Assembly (NCBI GenBank): GCA_045863855.1
Contig: BTVV01000004.1
Location: 62,627 to 126,626 of the forward strand
Direction of reading: 5' to 3'
From: Planctomycetota bacterium
GTDB lineage: Bacteria > Planctomycetota > SZUA-567 > H5-PLA8
DNA: 64,000 nt
Part shown: piece after piece, positions 10,150 through 19,669 of the stretch
Layout of the letters: each line of letters starts with the position of its first letter
How positions within the stretch are numbered: the first letter of the stretch is position 1
Made by a program: the position numbers and the translations under genes
The notes under the pieces: model-generated
Database searches by the model: none
What the model saw: the letters and a program-made list of their open reading frames with translations, nothing else
Told to the model about the DNA's origin: nothing

Positions 10150-12480
10150 ATGGCCTTACCCCTTTCGCAGCACTTAGTTAATATTCCGGCGCTCCGCACC
10201 AAACTTGCGCGCGCCGAAGAACGCGGCAGCCGCATGGGGCGCGTCTGGAAATACTTGAAGCGGGTTTCGCGCGCGCAGCCCCAGGCGCATCCCTGGCTCC
10301 TTCCTTTAGTTGCGCTGGTCGAAGAAGACGCCGACCTCACCGCCCGAGCCAAGCGCGCGATCCAACAAGGCCTCGCGACATACGAAACGGTCGGCGCGGC
10401 GTGGTACTTGAACAACATCTGGTGCTTCTCTTTCCCCTTGGCGCGGTGGGCGCTCTGGTTCGATCTCCTGCGCCGCAACGGCGCCTACGACGAGGCCGAA
10501 GCGCACGCGCTGGCGGGGCGTTTTCTCTTGCAGCAGTACCGCGACGGGCATTCGGTCCTGCTCTGCAAGCCCTATCCGGAATGCGTGGACAATCAGGCCG
10601 CCGCGCTGGTGCTCTCCTCGTATCTCGTCGGCACGCTGCTGGCCGATGCGCCGGGCGGAGGGCATCTGGCGCGCTTTCTGCGCGCCGAGTCCGCGCCACG
10701 CCTAGGCGCCATGATCGGCGGAATGCCGCCGGGCGGGTACACGGGCGAAGGCAGCACCTACCAGACGCAGATCGTTTCTTTCGCCGTCCCCCTGATCGTC
10801 GAAGCCTTGGAACACCTCACCGGCGAGGACCATTTCGCCCGGCCGCTTCCGCCGCAAGGCACCAGCGCCTTCGACATTCTGCGCATGACCAAACGGCTCT
10901 GGATGCCCGGAGGAACGGTGCTGCCGTGGGACGATTACGGCTACCAGTTCAGCATCCGCTGGCCATTGGCCTACTTCGCTCACCGCACCGGCGATCCAGC
11001 CTGCCTGGACCTTTTGGAGCACACCGCCAACTGGTCGCGGGTGATACTCGACAACGCCGGCTGGGGTCAGGACGAACCGCTCTGGACCTTGATTCACTGG
11101 CCCGAATCGGACGAGTTGCGCCGGCCAGTTCGGCACGCGTCCTGGGTAAGCTGGGACGATGGCGGCTGCCTGGTCTCGCCCGACGGCAGCCGCTACGCCA
11201 TGCAGATGTGGGACCCCACCAGCGCGCTGCCGATTCGCGGCCACGTCAACCCCAACAGCCTGATCTTCGCGGTCGACGGCATCCCCGTCTCGGCCGACGG
11301 TTCGTTCGCGCCGGGTAAGCAGCCGCTGAAGTTTCCGGGCGCGACGCATACCCGCATCTTCGGGCCGGGCGAACACCAGACGCTGGACGTTTCCAAGGGC
11401 TGCGGCGGCGGGCACAACGCGATCCTGCTCGATGGGAACGAAGCGCTGCGCCCGAGGGACGGCTACGAGCGCTCGTACCTTGCCGATTTCAACGCGGAGC
11501 GCGCGGTGCTAACTGGCGACGTGACCGGCCTTTACCGCAGCGTTTACCCCGACGCGCTATGCATCCGCCGCTCCACGCGCCTGATCGAAAACCGTTTCTG
11601 GCTGGTCGAAGATTACGCCGCCTTCGAAGCAGCGCACGAATTCACCAGTCGCTGGTTCTTCCGGCCCGGTGCGCAACCCGCACCCGACGGCGTGGACGTG
11701 ACGACGCCCGAAGGCGTGGTCTTGCAGATGCGCAACCTGCTGGGTTCGGCCCATGCCGCGATCCGGCGCCTCGACGGATATCCCAAAGCGCCCGACGAAT
11801 GCAGCGACCTCGTGGATTTCGTGCTCGGCGGAGCCGCCTGCGAAGCGCGCTGGCTTTGGCTCGTCTGGCCCTCATGCGATCGATCCGTAAGCCTGGAGTT
11901 GGACACGGGCTGGCGCGCTCGCCCGGTGCCGGCAGATGCCGAATGGACCGCACTCACCGCGGGCGACGGCCGAACCTACCCCCTTCAGCCCGGGCTCCCG
12001 CCACTCCTGCAGGCCGACGTTCCCGCCACGGCCGTCTGGGGCTTCGACCGCCGCATTCCGGTACCCGCCACGCAACGCTGGTGGCTGCGCCTACCCCGCG
12101 GCATCGGACAAGCCACGAAGCTTTGGATCGATGGCCGCGAAGTCCCCATCGCCTTCGTGCCTTCCGGAGCGGACCTGTTGCCCACCTTCGTCCCCGCGCC
12201 GTCCGAGACCCAAGGCCGTTCGGAGATTCACGTCGCGCTGCGGATCGAATACTTCATGGGCGGCACACGCAAAGACGCTTTGACCTGCGTGGCCGACGGG
12301 GCTCCGGCCGTCTGCGTCGAAGACCGCGCGGCCCCGCGCATCGCGAGCGCGCGTTACGAAGACGGCTATGTCCTCCTGACCACCACCGACGGCGCGCAGT
12401 TCAAGGCGGCGCACAAGCTGATGCCGCGCACCCGCGAACGCGCCCGCGATCCCGTTCACGCCGGAGCGCTAGACGCATGA
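10150..12480 (+). CDS. Heparinase II/III-like (alpha/alpha toroid + beta-sandwich) polysaccharide-lyase-like protein
   Basis: DNQ motif, GGYTGEGSTY, GHVNPNSLIF, GHNAILLDG, and WLVED...HEFTSRWFF, as in the Hepar_II_III architecture. AAGGA SD before ATG 10150. Confidence 0.65.
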   Translation: MALPLSQHLVNIPALRTKLARAEERGSRMGRVWKYLKRVSRAQPQAHPWLLPLVALVEEDADLTARAKRAIQQGLATYETVGAAWYLNNIWCFSFPLARWALWFDLLRRNGAYDEAEAHALAGRFLLQQYRDGHSVLLCKPYPECVDNQAAALVLSSYLVGTLLADAPGGGHLARFLRAESAPRLGAMIGGMPPGGYTGEGSTYQTQIVSFAVPLIVEALEHLTGEDHFARPLPPQGTSAFDILRMTKRLWMPGGTVLPWDDYGYQFSIRWPLAYFAHRTGDPACLDLLEHTANWSRVILDNAGWGQDEPLWTLIHWPESDELRRPVRHASWVSWDDGGCLVSPDGSRYAMQMWDPTSALPIRGHVNPNSLIFAVDGIPVSADGSFAPGKQPLKFPGATHTRIFGPGEHQTLDVSKGCGGGHNAILLDGNEALRPRDGYERSYLADFNAERAVLTGDVTGLYRSVYPDALCIRRSTRLIENRFWLVEDYAAFEAAHEFTSRWFFRPGAQPAPDGVDVTTPEGVVLQMRNLLGSAHAAIRRLDGYPKAPDECSDLVDFVLGGAACEARWLWLVWPSCDRSVSLELDTGWRARPVPADAEWTALTAGDGRTYPLQPGLPPLLQADVPATAVWGFDRRIPVPATQRWWLRLPRGIGQATKLWIDGREVPIAFVPSGADLLPTFVPAPSETQGRSEIHVALRIEYFMGGTRKDALTCVADGAPAVCVEDRAAPRIASARYEDGYVLLTTTDGAQFKAAHKLMPRTRERARDPVHAGALDA

Positions 12481-13022
12481 ATCCCACCAGCACGCTGGAC
12501 TTTTTTCTGCGCGTGGACGGCCTCTTTGCACCCGACGCGCCGCTCGAGGCCCTCCACGTGGCGCTTCACGACGAACGCTGGGAACTTCAGCAAGCGGCGC
12601 TGCATGCCTTGAGTTTGCGCGCCGAATCGATTTCGATTGCGCCGATCGTGGATCTGATCGCACGGCACGAATACACCGACCGTTACGGGAACCAGGAAAC
12701 GGCCGCCCCGAACCCGCTGGGTCTGACCATCCAGAAGTGCCGCTACCGTGTGACGCAGGCCGCCTGCCATGCGCTCGCCGCCATCGCCGCAGGCGGCGCC
12801 GCCGAAGCCGTGCAGCGCCACGCCGGCGCGTGGCTCTGCCGGACCGCGATCAATCAGGAAGAGGATTATCCGGTTCGCGCCGCGGCCTCGGGAGCATTGG
12901 GGTATCTGAGTGGCGAAACCGTTCGGACGGCTCTCGAACGGGCCAAGCTCGATACCGAATGGTGTACGGCCGCGTGGGCGCGCAAGTCCCTCGCCCGGAT
13001 GGAAGCCGCCGCCGCCCCTTGA
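12477..13022 (+). CDS. HEAT-repeat protein
   Basis: ATGA overlap with the upstream gene; HEAT-like ALHDERWELQQAALHAL, YPVRAAASGALG, WCTAAWARKSL. The ORF track's 11559 start is a shadow extension. Confidence 0.75.
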   Translation: MNPTSTLDFFLRVDGLFAPDAPLEALHVALHDERWELQQAALHALSLRAESISIAPIVDLIARHEYTDRYGNQETAAPNPLGLTIQKCRYRVTQAACHALAAIAAGGAAEAVQRHAGAWLCRTAINQEEDYPVRAAASGALGYLSGETVRTALERAKLDTEWCTAAWARKSLARMEAAAAP

Positions 13023-13044
13023 TGCGCATCCGGAGGAACCGCTC

Positions 13045-15348
13045 ATGACGCAGCGAACGCGAGCACGCTATCGAACGCTCGTCGTGCTGCTCCTGCCGGC
13101 CTTGGGGTTGGGCGCCGCCGAAGCGGCGCGCGCGGGCTCGACGGAGCCTTACGAGCGCGCGGCGCTTCAGAACTATCTCCTCGAACGACTCGCGCAGGAC
13201 AAACGCCTGTCGCTGCTGCTCCCCTTAGAGCCCGGAAAGCTCAGCCGCGGCACGATCCTTAAAGGCGACGCGGAGAAACTCTTCGTCGAGGCGCGCGGAG
13301 GCAAGTTCGACCTGTCCTGGGCGCTGATCGGCGATGCCGAGTTCTGCCAGATGCTGTACGGACTGGCCGAATCGATGCCCAGTTCGGCCCAGATTCAGTA
13401 CCTCTGCTTCGCTCAAGCGGTGGGCCTGCATAAGACCAAGCCCTACGAATCGCTGCTCCAGAAGCTTTGGGGCACTGACGCTTCCGCCGCCAAAGAAGTC
13501 AAAGCCGCCTGGGACGCAGATACGTCTGCGGCACCCGAAGCCGAAGCGTCACCCGGCGCCGTCGCGCCGGAGCAAACGGCTCAGACCGGCTCCACGCGCC
13601 CGCGCGCCGATCCGCTGGCCGACTGGTGGAGCGGAGTCGTGGACTCGAACGGGAAGGTTCATGTCGCGGCCTATCGGAAAGAAGCGCTGGCCTGCGACGT
13701 CGCCAGCCTAAACCGGAAGCTGGGGCCGGACTATGCTTTCTTTCAGAGCGGTAAGCACGATGAAAAATTCCCCGACGTCTACCTGCGCCCGATCCTGAAC
13801 AACCCGCACGGGAAAAAAGGAAAGGGCTCGGACTACCACTTGGGCGAGCCCATGAAAGATCCCGGGCGCTATTTCTCGACCTTCGGACAGGCGGGCTACC
13901 TGCCCGACGATCTGGCCAAGCCGGGGCTCGACCGCATGCACTTTCTCTCGGCGGGACACAATTGTATCTCGTTCAAGCCCGAGCACAGTTGGCTGGAACG
14001 CGCGCGCCCAGACCCCGGCATCGCGCGCTGGCCAGCCGGCGACGGCTACCAGCCCGTCGCGATGATCCGCAGCCACTGCATGTGGAATTGCGACGCGCTC
14101 GTCGTCTTCCGCAACGGCGTGATCGGAGCGACGGGGAACTTCACCAGCCATGACACGCATCCGTTTGTGCAGCTTCCCGCACATAAGGTTCCGGTGGCCA
14201 TCGGCATTACGAACCGAAGCGAGTTCGCGGTCGTCGCGGTCTGGGATGTAAATGAGCTGAAAGGGCAACTGGCCGTGATCGCCTTGGGCGGAATGCATAA
14301 GACGGGGCTCATGGCGCTGTGGGACTGGCACTATTCGCACCCGGGCCTCTTTAACCTGGGCGGTTATCACTTCATGAAGCTGCTGGGCTACGTCGATCTG
14401 CCGGGCATGGCCGCGCCCTCGGCACTGATCGCCTGCGGGAATCACGGCGAGATGCGCTTCATCAACGACATGGACGGAAACTGGATGACCTACCATGCCG
14501 GCGAAAAGGTGAAACTCGAGGACCCCAAGTGGCGGCAGAAGTTTTGGGACGGCGACAACAAAACCGTGACGCAGACGGCCGGCTACGTCGCGGTGGTGAG
14601 CCGTTACGAGAAGAAAATCGCGTTCGTGGACCTGGAGCCGCTCTTTGCGTACTACCGCGAGATGTATTTCACGACCCAGGAGCGCTACGAAAAAACGCGC
14701 AAGCAAGGACCGGCCCCGGACGAATGGCCGTATGCGTTCGAGCACGAGCCGAAGCAGATGCCCAAGCTGGTGAAGGTCGAGAAGATTCCCTACAAGTACC
14801 CGCCCACCGCGGTGATGGCGCGGCTCGAAGCCGGGAAGGACGGCTGGGTCGCGATGACGACGGTGGACGGGCGCTGCTTCGTCTACCGCATCGCCGGATT
14901 GGGCGCCGAAGGCCCGGTGGCGCCTCAGGAGATACGGGCCGTCGGGTCGTTCGAAGTGGGCAAGAATCCGGTGCAACTCGCCTTCAAGAACGGCCGGCAC
15001 GTGCGGGACGAGTTTCTGCTGGTCAGCCGCGGCTCACGTGAAATCCAATGGATCAAGATTAACGGCGACGGCGGAAGCGTGACCAAACGCCTGCGCGACT
15101 CGCGGCTCGTCGATCCCGTCTGCGTGGACGACGCCGACAACAACGGATCGAGCGTGCCGGTGATTACCGTTGCGGACTTCAAAAGCCGCCTGGTGGTTAA
15201 CTACCGCTACGGCATAGCCAACCTGAACACAAACGGAGTGAAGCAAACCTTCGGGCTTGGACCGGACGGCAAGGACGAGTTCGAATGCGGCGGCGGCATG
15301 GCCTTCCCCGGCCATCCGTTTCTCGTCAGCGGCGCTAACCTGCCCTGA
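13045..15348 (+). CDS. Secreted hypothetical protein (N-terminal module, Ala/Pro linker, beta-rich C-terminal domain)
   Basis: GGAGG SD before ATG 13045; signal peptide; coding-like GC3 bias; function not recognisable. Confidence 0.8.
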   Translation: MTQRTRARYRTLVVLLLPALGLGAAEAARAGSTEPYERAALQNYLLERLAQDKRLSLLLPLEPGKLSRGTILKGDAEKLFVEARGGKFDLSWALIGDAEFCQMLYGLAESMPSSAQIQYLCFAQAVGLHKTKPYESLLQKLWGTDASAAKEVKAAWDADTSAAPEAEASPGAVAPEQTAQTGSTRPRADPLADWWSGVVDSNGKVHVAAYRKEALACDVASLNRKLGPDYAFFQSGKHDEKFPDVYLRPILNNPHGKKGKGSDYHLGEPMKDPGRYFSTFGQAGYLPDDLAKPGLDRMHFLSAGHNCISFKPEHSWLERARPDPGIARWPAGDGYQPVAMIRSHCMWNCDALVVFRNGVIGATGNFTSHDTHPFVQLPAHKVPVAIGITNRSEFAVVAVWDVNELKGQLAVIALGGMHKTGLMALWDWHYSHPGLFNLGGYHFMKLLGYVDLPGMAAPSALIACGNHGEMRFINDMDGNWMTYHAGEKVKLEDPKWRQKFWDGDNKTVTQTAGYVAVVSRYEKKIAFVDLEPLFAYYREMYFTTQERYEKTRKQGPAPDEWPYAFEHEPKQMPKLVKVEKIPYKYPPTAVMARLEAGKDGWVAMTTVDGRCFVYRIAGLGAEGPVAPQEIRAVGSFEVGKNPVQLAFKNGRHVRDEFLLVSRGSREIQWIKINGDGGSVTKRLRDSRLVDPVCVDDADNNGSSVPVITVADFKSRLVVNYRYGIANLNTNGVKQTFGLGPDGKDEFECGGGMAFPGHPFLVSGANLP

Positions 15349-15390
15349 GGGGAAGCGGAAAGAGCGTCGGTTATTGCATGCATCGCTGCA

Positions 15391-15419
15391 GACCCCTCGG
15401 CTGCGCGGGCCGAGGGGTC
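15391..15419. terminator. GC-rich hairpin between convergent genes
   Basis: Perfect 11-bp stem GACCCCTCGGC / GCCGAGGGGTC with a 7-nt loop; no clear U-tract. Confidence 0.5.
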
Positions 15420-15426
15420 CGGCGCA

Positions 15427-18400
15427 TCAGCGTTTCACAATCACCTTCACCGTGTCGGTATCCGCGTCGTCTCCGTCGTGGACCGTGACGCGCAGCACGT
15501 AGGTACCGGGCTTGGAGAAAGTGGCTTCGGGCTGTTCCGCTTCGGGCGTGCAATTGTCCGAGAAGGTCACCACGCCAGGACCGCTGACTTTGGTCCAGAT
15601 GTAGATCATCTCGTCCGGAGCTTCGTCCGCATCTTCCGCGGCCACCCCCAGGACCGTCGAACCCGCCACCTTGATTCGCGCCGGCGAGGCCCACGGACTG
15701 CTGATGATCTCTGGTGGCGTATTGGCCAGCTTGCCGGCGACGGCCCCCTGGAAATTCCGGCTCGCCAGGTTCGCGCTCACAGTAACCGTATTCGTGAAAT
15801 TGGACGGGGTGAAGGTATAACCGGAAAGGCTGGCAGTCAGCGTGTAGGTGCCGGCCGGCACGCCGCTGAGCGTATAGGTCCACTTCTTGTTCTTGCCACT
15901 ACCGGTCAGTTTGCTGGTCGTGCTGCGCGTGCCGTCGCTGACGGTGACGGCCTGGGCCACGCCCAGGATTTCACCCGAGATCGTATAGGAGGTGGTGCCG
16001 CCGCCCGCCGCGAAGTTAATCCCGCTGCGGTTGCTGGTGACGGAGAGCGGGTTGGTCCAGCCGCTGGGTACGAGCGTGTAACCGGTAAGCGTCGCCGTGA
16101 GCGTGTAGCTTCCCTGCGGGACGTTGGAGAGCGTGTAGACCCAGCGCCTGTTTTTCCCGCTGCCGGATTGGTAGGAAGTCGTGCTGCGGGTTCCGTCGCT
16201 GATCGTGACGGAAGCCGTCACGCCGGTGATTTCGCCGCTGATGCTGTAGACCGGAGCCACGAAATTACGCGCGGTGAGGTTCGCGCCCGCCACCGTCACC
16301 GGATTGCTCCAGCCGCTGGGATTGTAGTTCAATCCCGATTTGACGGCGGTCAGCGTATAGGTGCCGTTGGGCACGTTGGCGATGGTAAAGGTGCCGTTGG
16401 AGGCCGTAAGCACCGAGCGTGTGCCGTCGCTGACCGTGACGCCCGAGACCGCCACGCCAGCCGACGTGACGGTGCCGGCGATGGAGTAGGTGGGGATCGA
16501 CCCGGTAAAGTTGATGCCCGTGGCGCTGGGACCGACCACTACGGGGTTCGTGAAGCCCGAGGCGCTGAACGTATAGCCGTACTTCACGGCGCCGACGGTA
16601 AACGATCCGGCGGGCAAGCCAGCGAGTTCGTAGTTGCCGTCGCTGTCGGTCCAAACGGTGCGGTAATTGGCATCCGTCGTTCCCAGACCGTTATGCACGC
16701 GAACGCCTTCCACGGGCGCGCCGCTATGGGTAATACGACCGGCGATCCGGTAAGTACCCGGGGCTCCGACCGTGACGACTACATAGTCGCTTGCCACGCC
16801 GCCCTTCATGTCACTGACCGTGCAGCGGACCACGTATTCTTTAGCCGTCGTCCAGCTCTTGCTGGCCGTGGCGGCATTGGCACCGAAGGTGGTGTCGCCA
16901 AAGTCCCAGAAGTAGGCGAGCGTGTCGCCGTTGGCGTCGGACGCGCTGGCCGTGAAGTTGACCGCCACGCCGGTGCCCACCGCGGTCGCGCTTGCGGAAA
17001 GATTCAGCGACGGGGCGCTGTTGCCCGAGAAGGCGCCGATGTTGACGACCACATCGATCGACTCAGGCGAAGTCCCGCCTTTGCGGATGGGCGTAATGTG
17101 AATACCCGCGCTCGTATCGGAGAAGGTTCGTCCGATCACCACCGCCGAGTCGCTCTTGCCGCTGGACGTTCCGGGCGTGGTGTCCAGCAAGTGGCTGCCG
17201 GAGTTGCTGCTGGCCCAGGGATCCCAATGCAGGTCCACGCCGCTCATCAGCCAGCGATTGGACGTGAACTTCTGGCGAAAGTTCAACCAGTAATCGCGGT
17301 CGGCGTCCTTGCGGATCTTTAACGCATAGGGCGTTCCCGAGACGAGGTTCGCGTGGTCGAACGAGGTGATGCGGTAGGTGCCGCTGGCGGTGATCGTGGT
17401 CACGTTGGTGGTGGGGAGCCAGTCGAGCCGGTTTTTCTCGTAGGCGTTGAAGTGGTAGGCACCGGCATTGGCCGAACCCATCGTGTCGAAGCTGTCGCCG
17501 TATTCGTTGTTGCTGCCGGGGCCGATGACGCTGTCGCCGGTGGCCGTCCAGTAGTTGGCATGCCAGAGGCCGAAGTTGTGCCCGAACTCGTGCGCCGCGA
17601 CGCCGGCCGTGGCGCTCTTGAGCCAGCAGCCGCGCGCGCCGACGTAAGCCTGCCCGCCGTAACTACCCGGACCGCCCTTCCAGCAGACGGCGTCGAGGTT
17701 GTAAGCGGTGTAATCGTATCCCGCGCTGGAAGCGGCGGAGCGTGCGTGACTGTACAGGGTCATGTCGCCGTTGGTGATGTAGTAGGACTCCGGGTTGGGC
17801 AGGGTCAGCAATGGCGTGAAGGTCGAAGTCATAGTCGTCGCGCCGTAGCTGTTTTCCGCGATGAACGATGCGCAGCCGTTCATCATGTTCGTCAGCGTCG
17901 CGTCGCTGTGGTAATTGGTCGTCGTGTCCGAGAACTTGATATTGATGATCAGCACGGTCTTGTTGCCGGTGGTCCAGGCCGACTGAGCGATGACCTCTCC
18001 ACCCGAACCGCCCGAGCCGCCTTCCTGCGCGATGAGCTGCTCTTCGAGCGGGAGAATGTGCCCGCCGCTGCAAAGGTAGTAGATCACTCCACCGGCATCG
18101 ACGGCTACCTCGCGCGATGCGATCTTCGAGATTGGACAGCGCGTTTCTTCGTTGGCGACCGGAAGCTTCGGATCGGGAACTTCGCCCTTCGCCAGCACAC
18201 GCAAGGGGCTGGCGCTCAACGCCATCTGCTTATCCAGCACCACGCCGTGCAGCGGGATGCCCGAACGCGTCGTCTGGGTGAGGCGGCGGCCGTAGACGTG
18301 CGCCTGATAGCGCTGTCCATCCACATCCACGAAGCGCCGGATCGGCGGCTCGCCGCTGTCCGGATCGACCAAGGCCGCTACGACGGAGAAGTCGCCTTTG

Positions 18401-18888
18401 GCGTCGATCCAGCGTTCCATTTGCCCGCGCACGGCATCGGGAAGCTGCTTGGCCTTGAATGCAGGCACCGCATGCTCCAGCGCCCGTTCGGGCGCCGCAG
18501 GAATCAAACGCGCCATGATGGCGCGGCGCCGCGGGGCCAAGCGTGCGCCTTCTTCCGCCAAAGCCGGGCGAGATTCCTCGGCGGCTTCCAGGTAGCGTTC
18601 GGTCCAGGCCGTAAATTCGGCCAGAACCTGCTCGTCGGAGGCATCCACCACCGGATCCGGCGCCCGCTCTTCGCTTCCGGCCACCAAGGTCGGCTGTTGA
18701 ACTTGGACGGGGGCCGGCAACAGAGCCGGAGTCTGCTCAAGCCGTTCCCGACCGTTCAGGAAAGCCAGCAAGCTCAGCCCAAGGCAGAAAACCAAGGCTG
18801 CCAAGGCCGTCCATGCCGCAGTTCGGCGAGCTTCTACCTGTTGCACAGGTGCGCCCTCCTGAATCCGTTCCTTTTTGCCATCCTTCAT
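15427..18888 (-). CDS. Secreted/anchored zinc metallopeptidase (M11/M6-like) with PKD and tandem carboxypeptidase-regulatory-like Ig domains
   Basis: Metzincin motif HEFGHNFGLWH, then EYGDSFDTMG (Met-turn); PKD YFWDFGD; four roughly 80-90-aa Ig-like repeats; N-terminal hydrophobic segment. Confidence 0.88.
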   Translation of the reverse strand: MKDGKKERIQEGAPVQQVEARRTAAWTALAALVFCLGLSLLAFLNGRERLEQTPALLPAPVQVQQPTLVAGSEERAPDPVVDASDEQVLAEFTAWTERYLEAAEESRPALAEEGARLAPRRRAIMARLIPAAPERALEHAVPAFKAKQLPDAVRGQMERWIDAKGDFSVVAALVDPDSGEPPIRRFVDVDGQRYQAHVYGRRLTQTTRSGIPLHGVVLDKQMALSASPLRVLAKGEVPDPKLPVANEETRCPISKIASREVAVDAGGVIYYLCSGGHILPLEEQLIAQEGGSGGSGGEVIAQSAWTTGNKTVLIINIKFSDTTTNYHSDATLTNMMNGCASFIAENSYGATTMTSTFTPLLTLPNPESYYITNGDMTLYSHARSAASSAGYDYTAYNLDAVCWKGGPGSYGGQAYVGARGCWLKSATAGVAAHEFGHNFGLWHANYWTATGDSVIGPGSNNEYGDSFDTMGSANAGAYHFNAYEKNRLDWLPTTNVTTITASGTYRITSFDHANLVSGTPYALKIRKDADRDYWLNFRQKFTSNRWLMSGVDLHWDPWASSNSGSHLLDTTPGTSSGKSDSAVVIGRTFSDTSAGIHITPIRKGGTSPESIDVVVNIGAFSGNSAPSLNLSASATAVGTGVAVNFTASASDANGDTLAYFWDFGDTTFGANAATASKSWTTAKEYVVRCTVSDMKGGVASDYVVVTVGAPGTYRIAGRITHSGAPVEGVRVHNGLGTTDANYRTVWTDSDGNYELAGLPAGSFTVGAVKYGYTFSASGFTNPVVVGPSATGINFTGSIPTYSIAGTVTSAGVAVSGVTVSDGTRSVLTASNGTFTIANVPNGTYTLTAVKSGLNYNPSGWSNPVTVAGANLTARNFVAPVYSISGEITGVTASVTISDGTRSTTSYQSGSGKNRRWVYTLSNVPQGSYTLTATLTGYTLVPSGWTNPLSVTSNRSGINFAAGGGTTSYTISGEILGVAQAVTVSDGTRSTTSKLTGSGKNKKWTYTLSGVPAGTYTLTASLSGYTFTPSNFTNTVTVSANLASRNFQGAVAGKLANTPPEIISSPWASPARIKVAGSTVLGVAAEDADEAPDEMIYIWTKVSGPGVVTFSDNCTPEAEQPEATFSKPGTYVLRVTVHDGDDADTDTVKVIVKR

Positions 18889-19093
18889 GGGTCGTCTCCC
18901 GTGAGGCCCTTAAAACGCGTGTCCAAGCATGTTCGCAGTGCGGCACGTGTGACTACAAATTCTCCAAACAATGCCCGCTTGAGGTCGTAAGTGTGGTGCA
19001 CGGGTTGAGGCTGCGGCTTACGCAATCCATCCACTTATTCGCAAATCGGCGTCACGGCCGGTCGGCTGGTGACATGCCTAGGTAGGGAACGCC

Positions 19094-19669
19094 ATGGCGG
19101 AAGTCTCGGACTTGCCCGATTTGGTCGAGTCTGCCCGCCAAGGGGACGTGCGCGCTTTCGAAGCCTTGGTGGTGCGCTTCGGTCCCGCGGTACGCGCCAT
19201 GTGCATGCTGCGTGCTGCCGATCCCGAGTGGGCCGATGATCTGAGCCAGCAGGTGTTTCTCACGGCTTGGCGCCGCATGTCCGAATTGCGCCCCCACTCG
19301 AACTTCTGGGCTTGGTTGGAGTCGATTGCCCGCAACCACCTCTTGAATGAGTGGCGGCGGATCCAGCGGGAGCGGGGCTTTAAGCAGCGCTACACGGTCG
19401 CTTGGCTGGCGCAGCAGGAGTCGATCGCGGAGACGGAACAGCCGGGCGATCTGTTGGCGCGCACCGGCGCTTTGAACGCCTGCCTGGAGCAGTTACCGGA
19501 ACACTTAAGGAAGATGGTTTCGATGCGTTACGCGGACGGCTGCACTTCGGATCAGATCGCCGACGAGTTGGGCGGATCGGCCGATTCGGTCCGCCAGACG
19601 CTCGTCCGCCTGCGTGACAAACTTCGCGATTGCATCGAGCAGCGGCGTAGAGGGACGCAGCTCTCATGA
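19094..19669 (+). CDS. ECF sigma-70 factor
   Basis: Sigma2 AFEALVVRF...ADDLSQQVFLTAW...WAWLESIARN; sigma4 LPEHLRKMVSMRY...IADELG...VRQTLVRLRDKLRDC. Confidence 0.93.
   Translation: MAEVSDLPDLVESARQGDVRAFEALVVRFGPAVRAMCMLRAADPEWADDLSQQVFLTAWRRMSELRPHSNFWAWLESIARNHLLNEWRRIQRERGFKQRYTVAWLAQQESIAETEQPGDLLARTGALNACLEQLPEHLRKMVSMRYADGCTSDQIADELGGSADSVRQTLVRLRDKLRDCIEQRRRGTQLS

Noticed and set aside
11559..12476. Arg-rich N-terminal extension of the HEAT ORF
   Set aside because: Shifted-frame shadow of the heparinase-like gene; ATGA coupling gives a better start at 12477.
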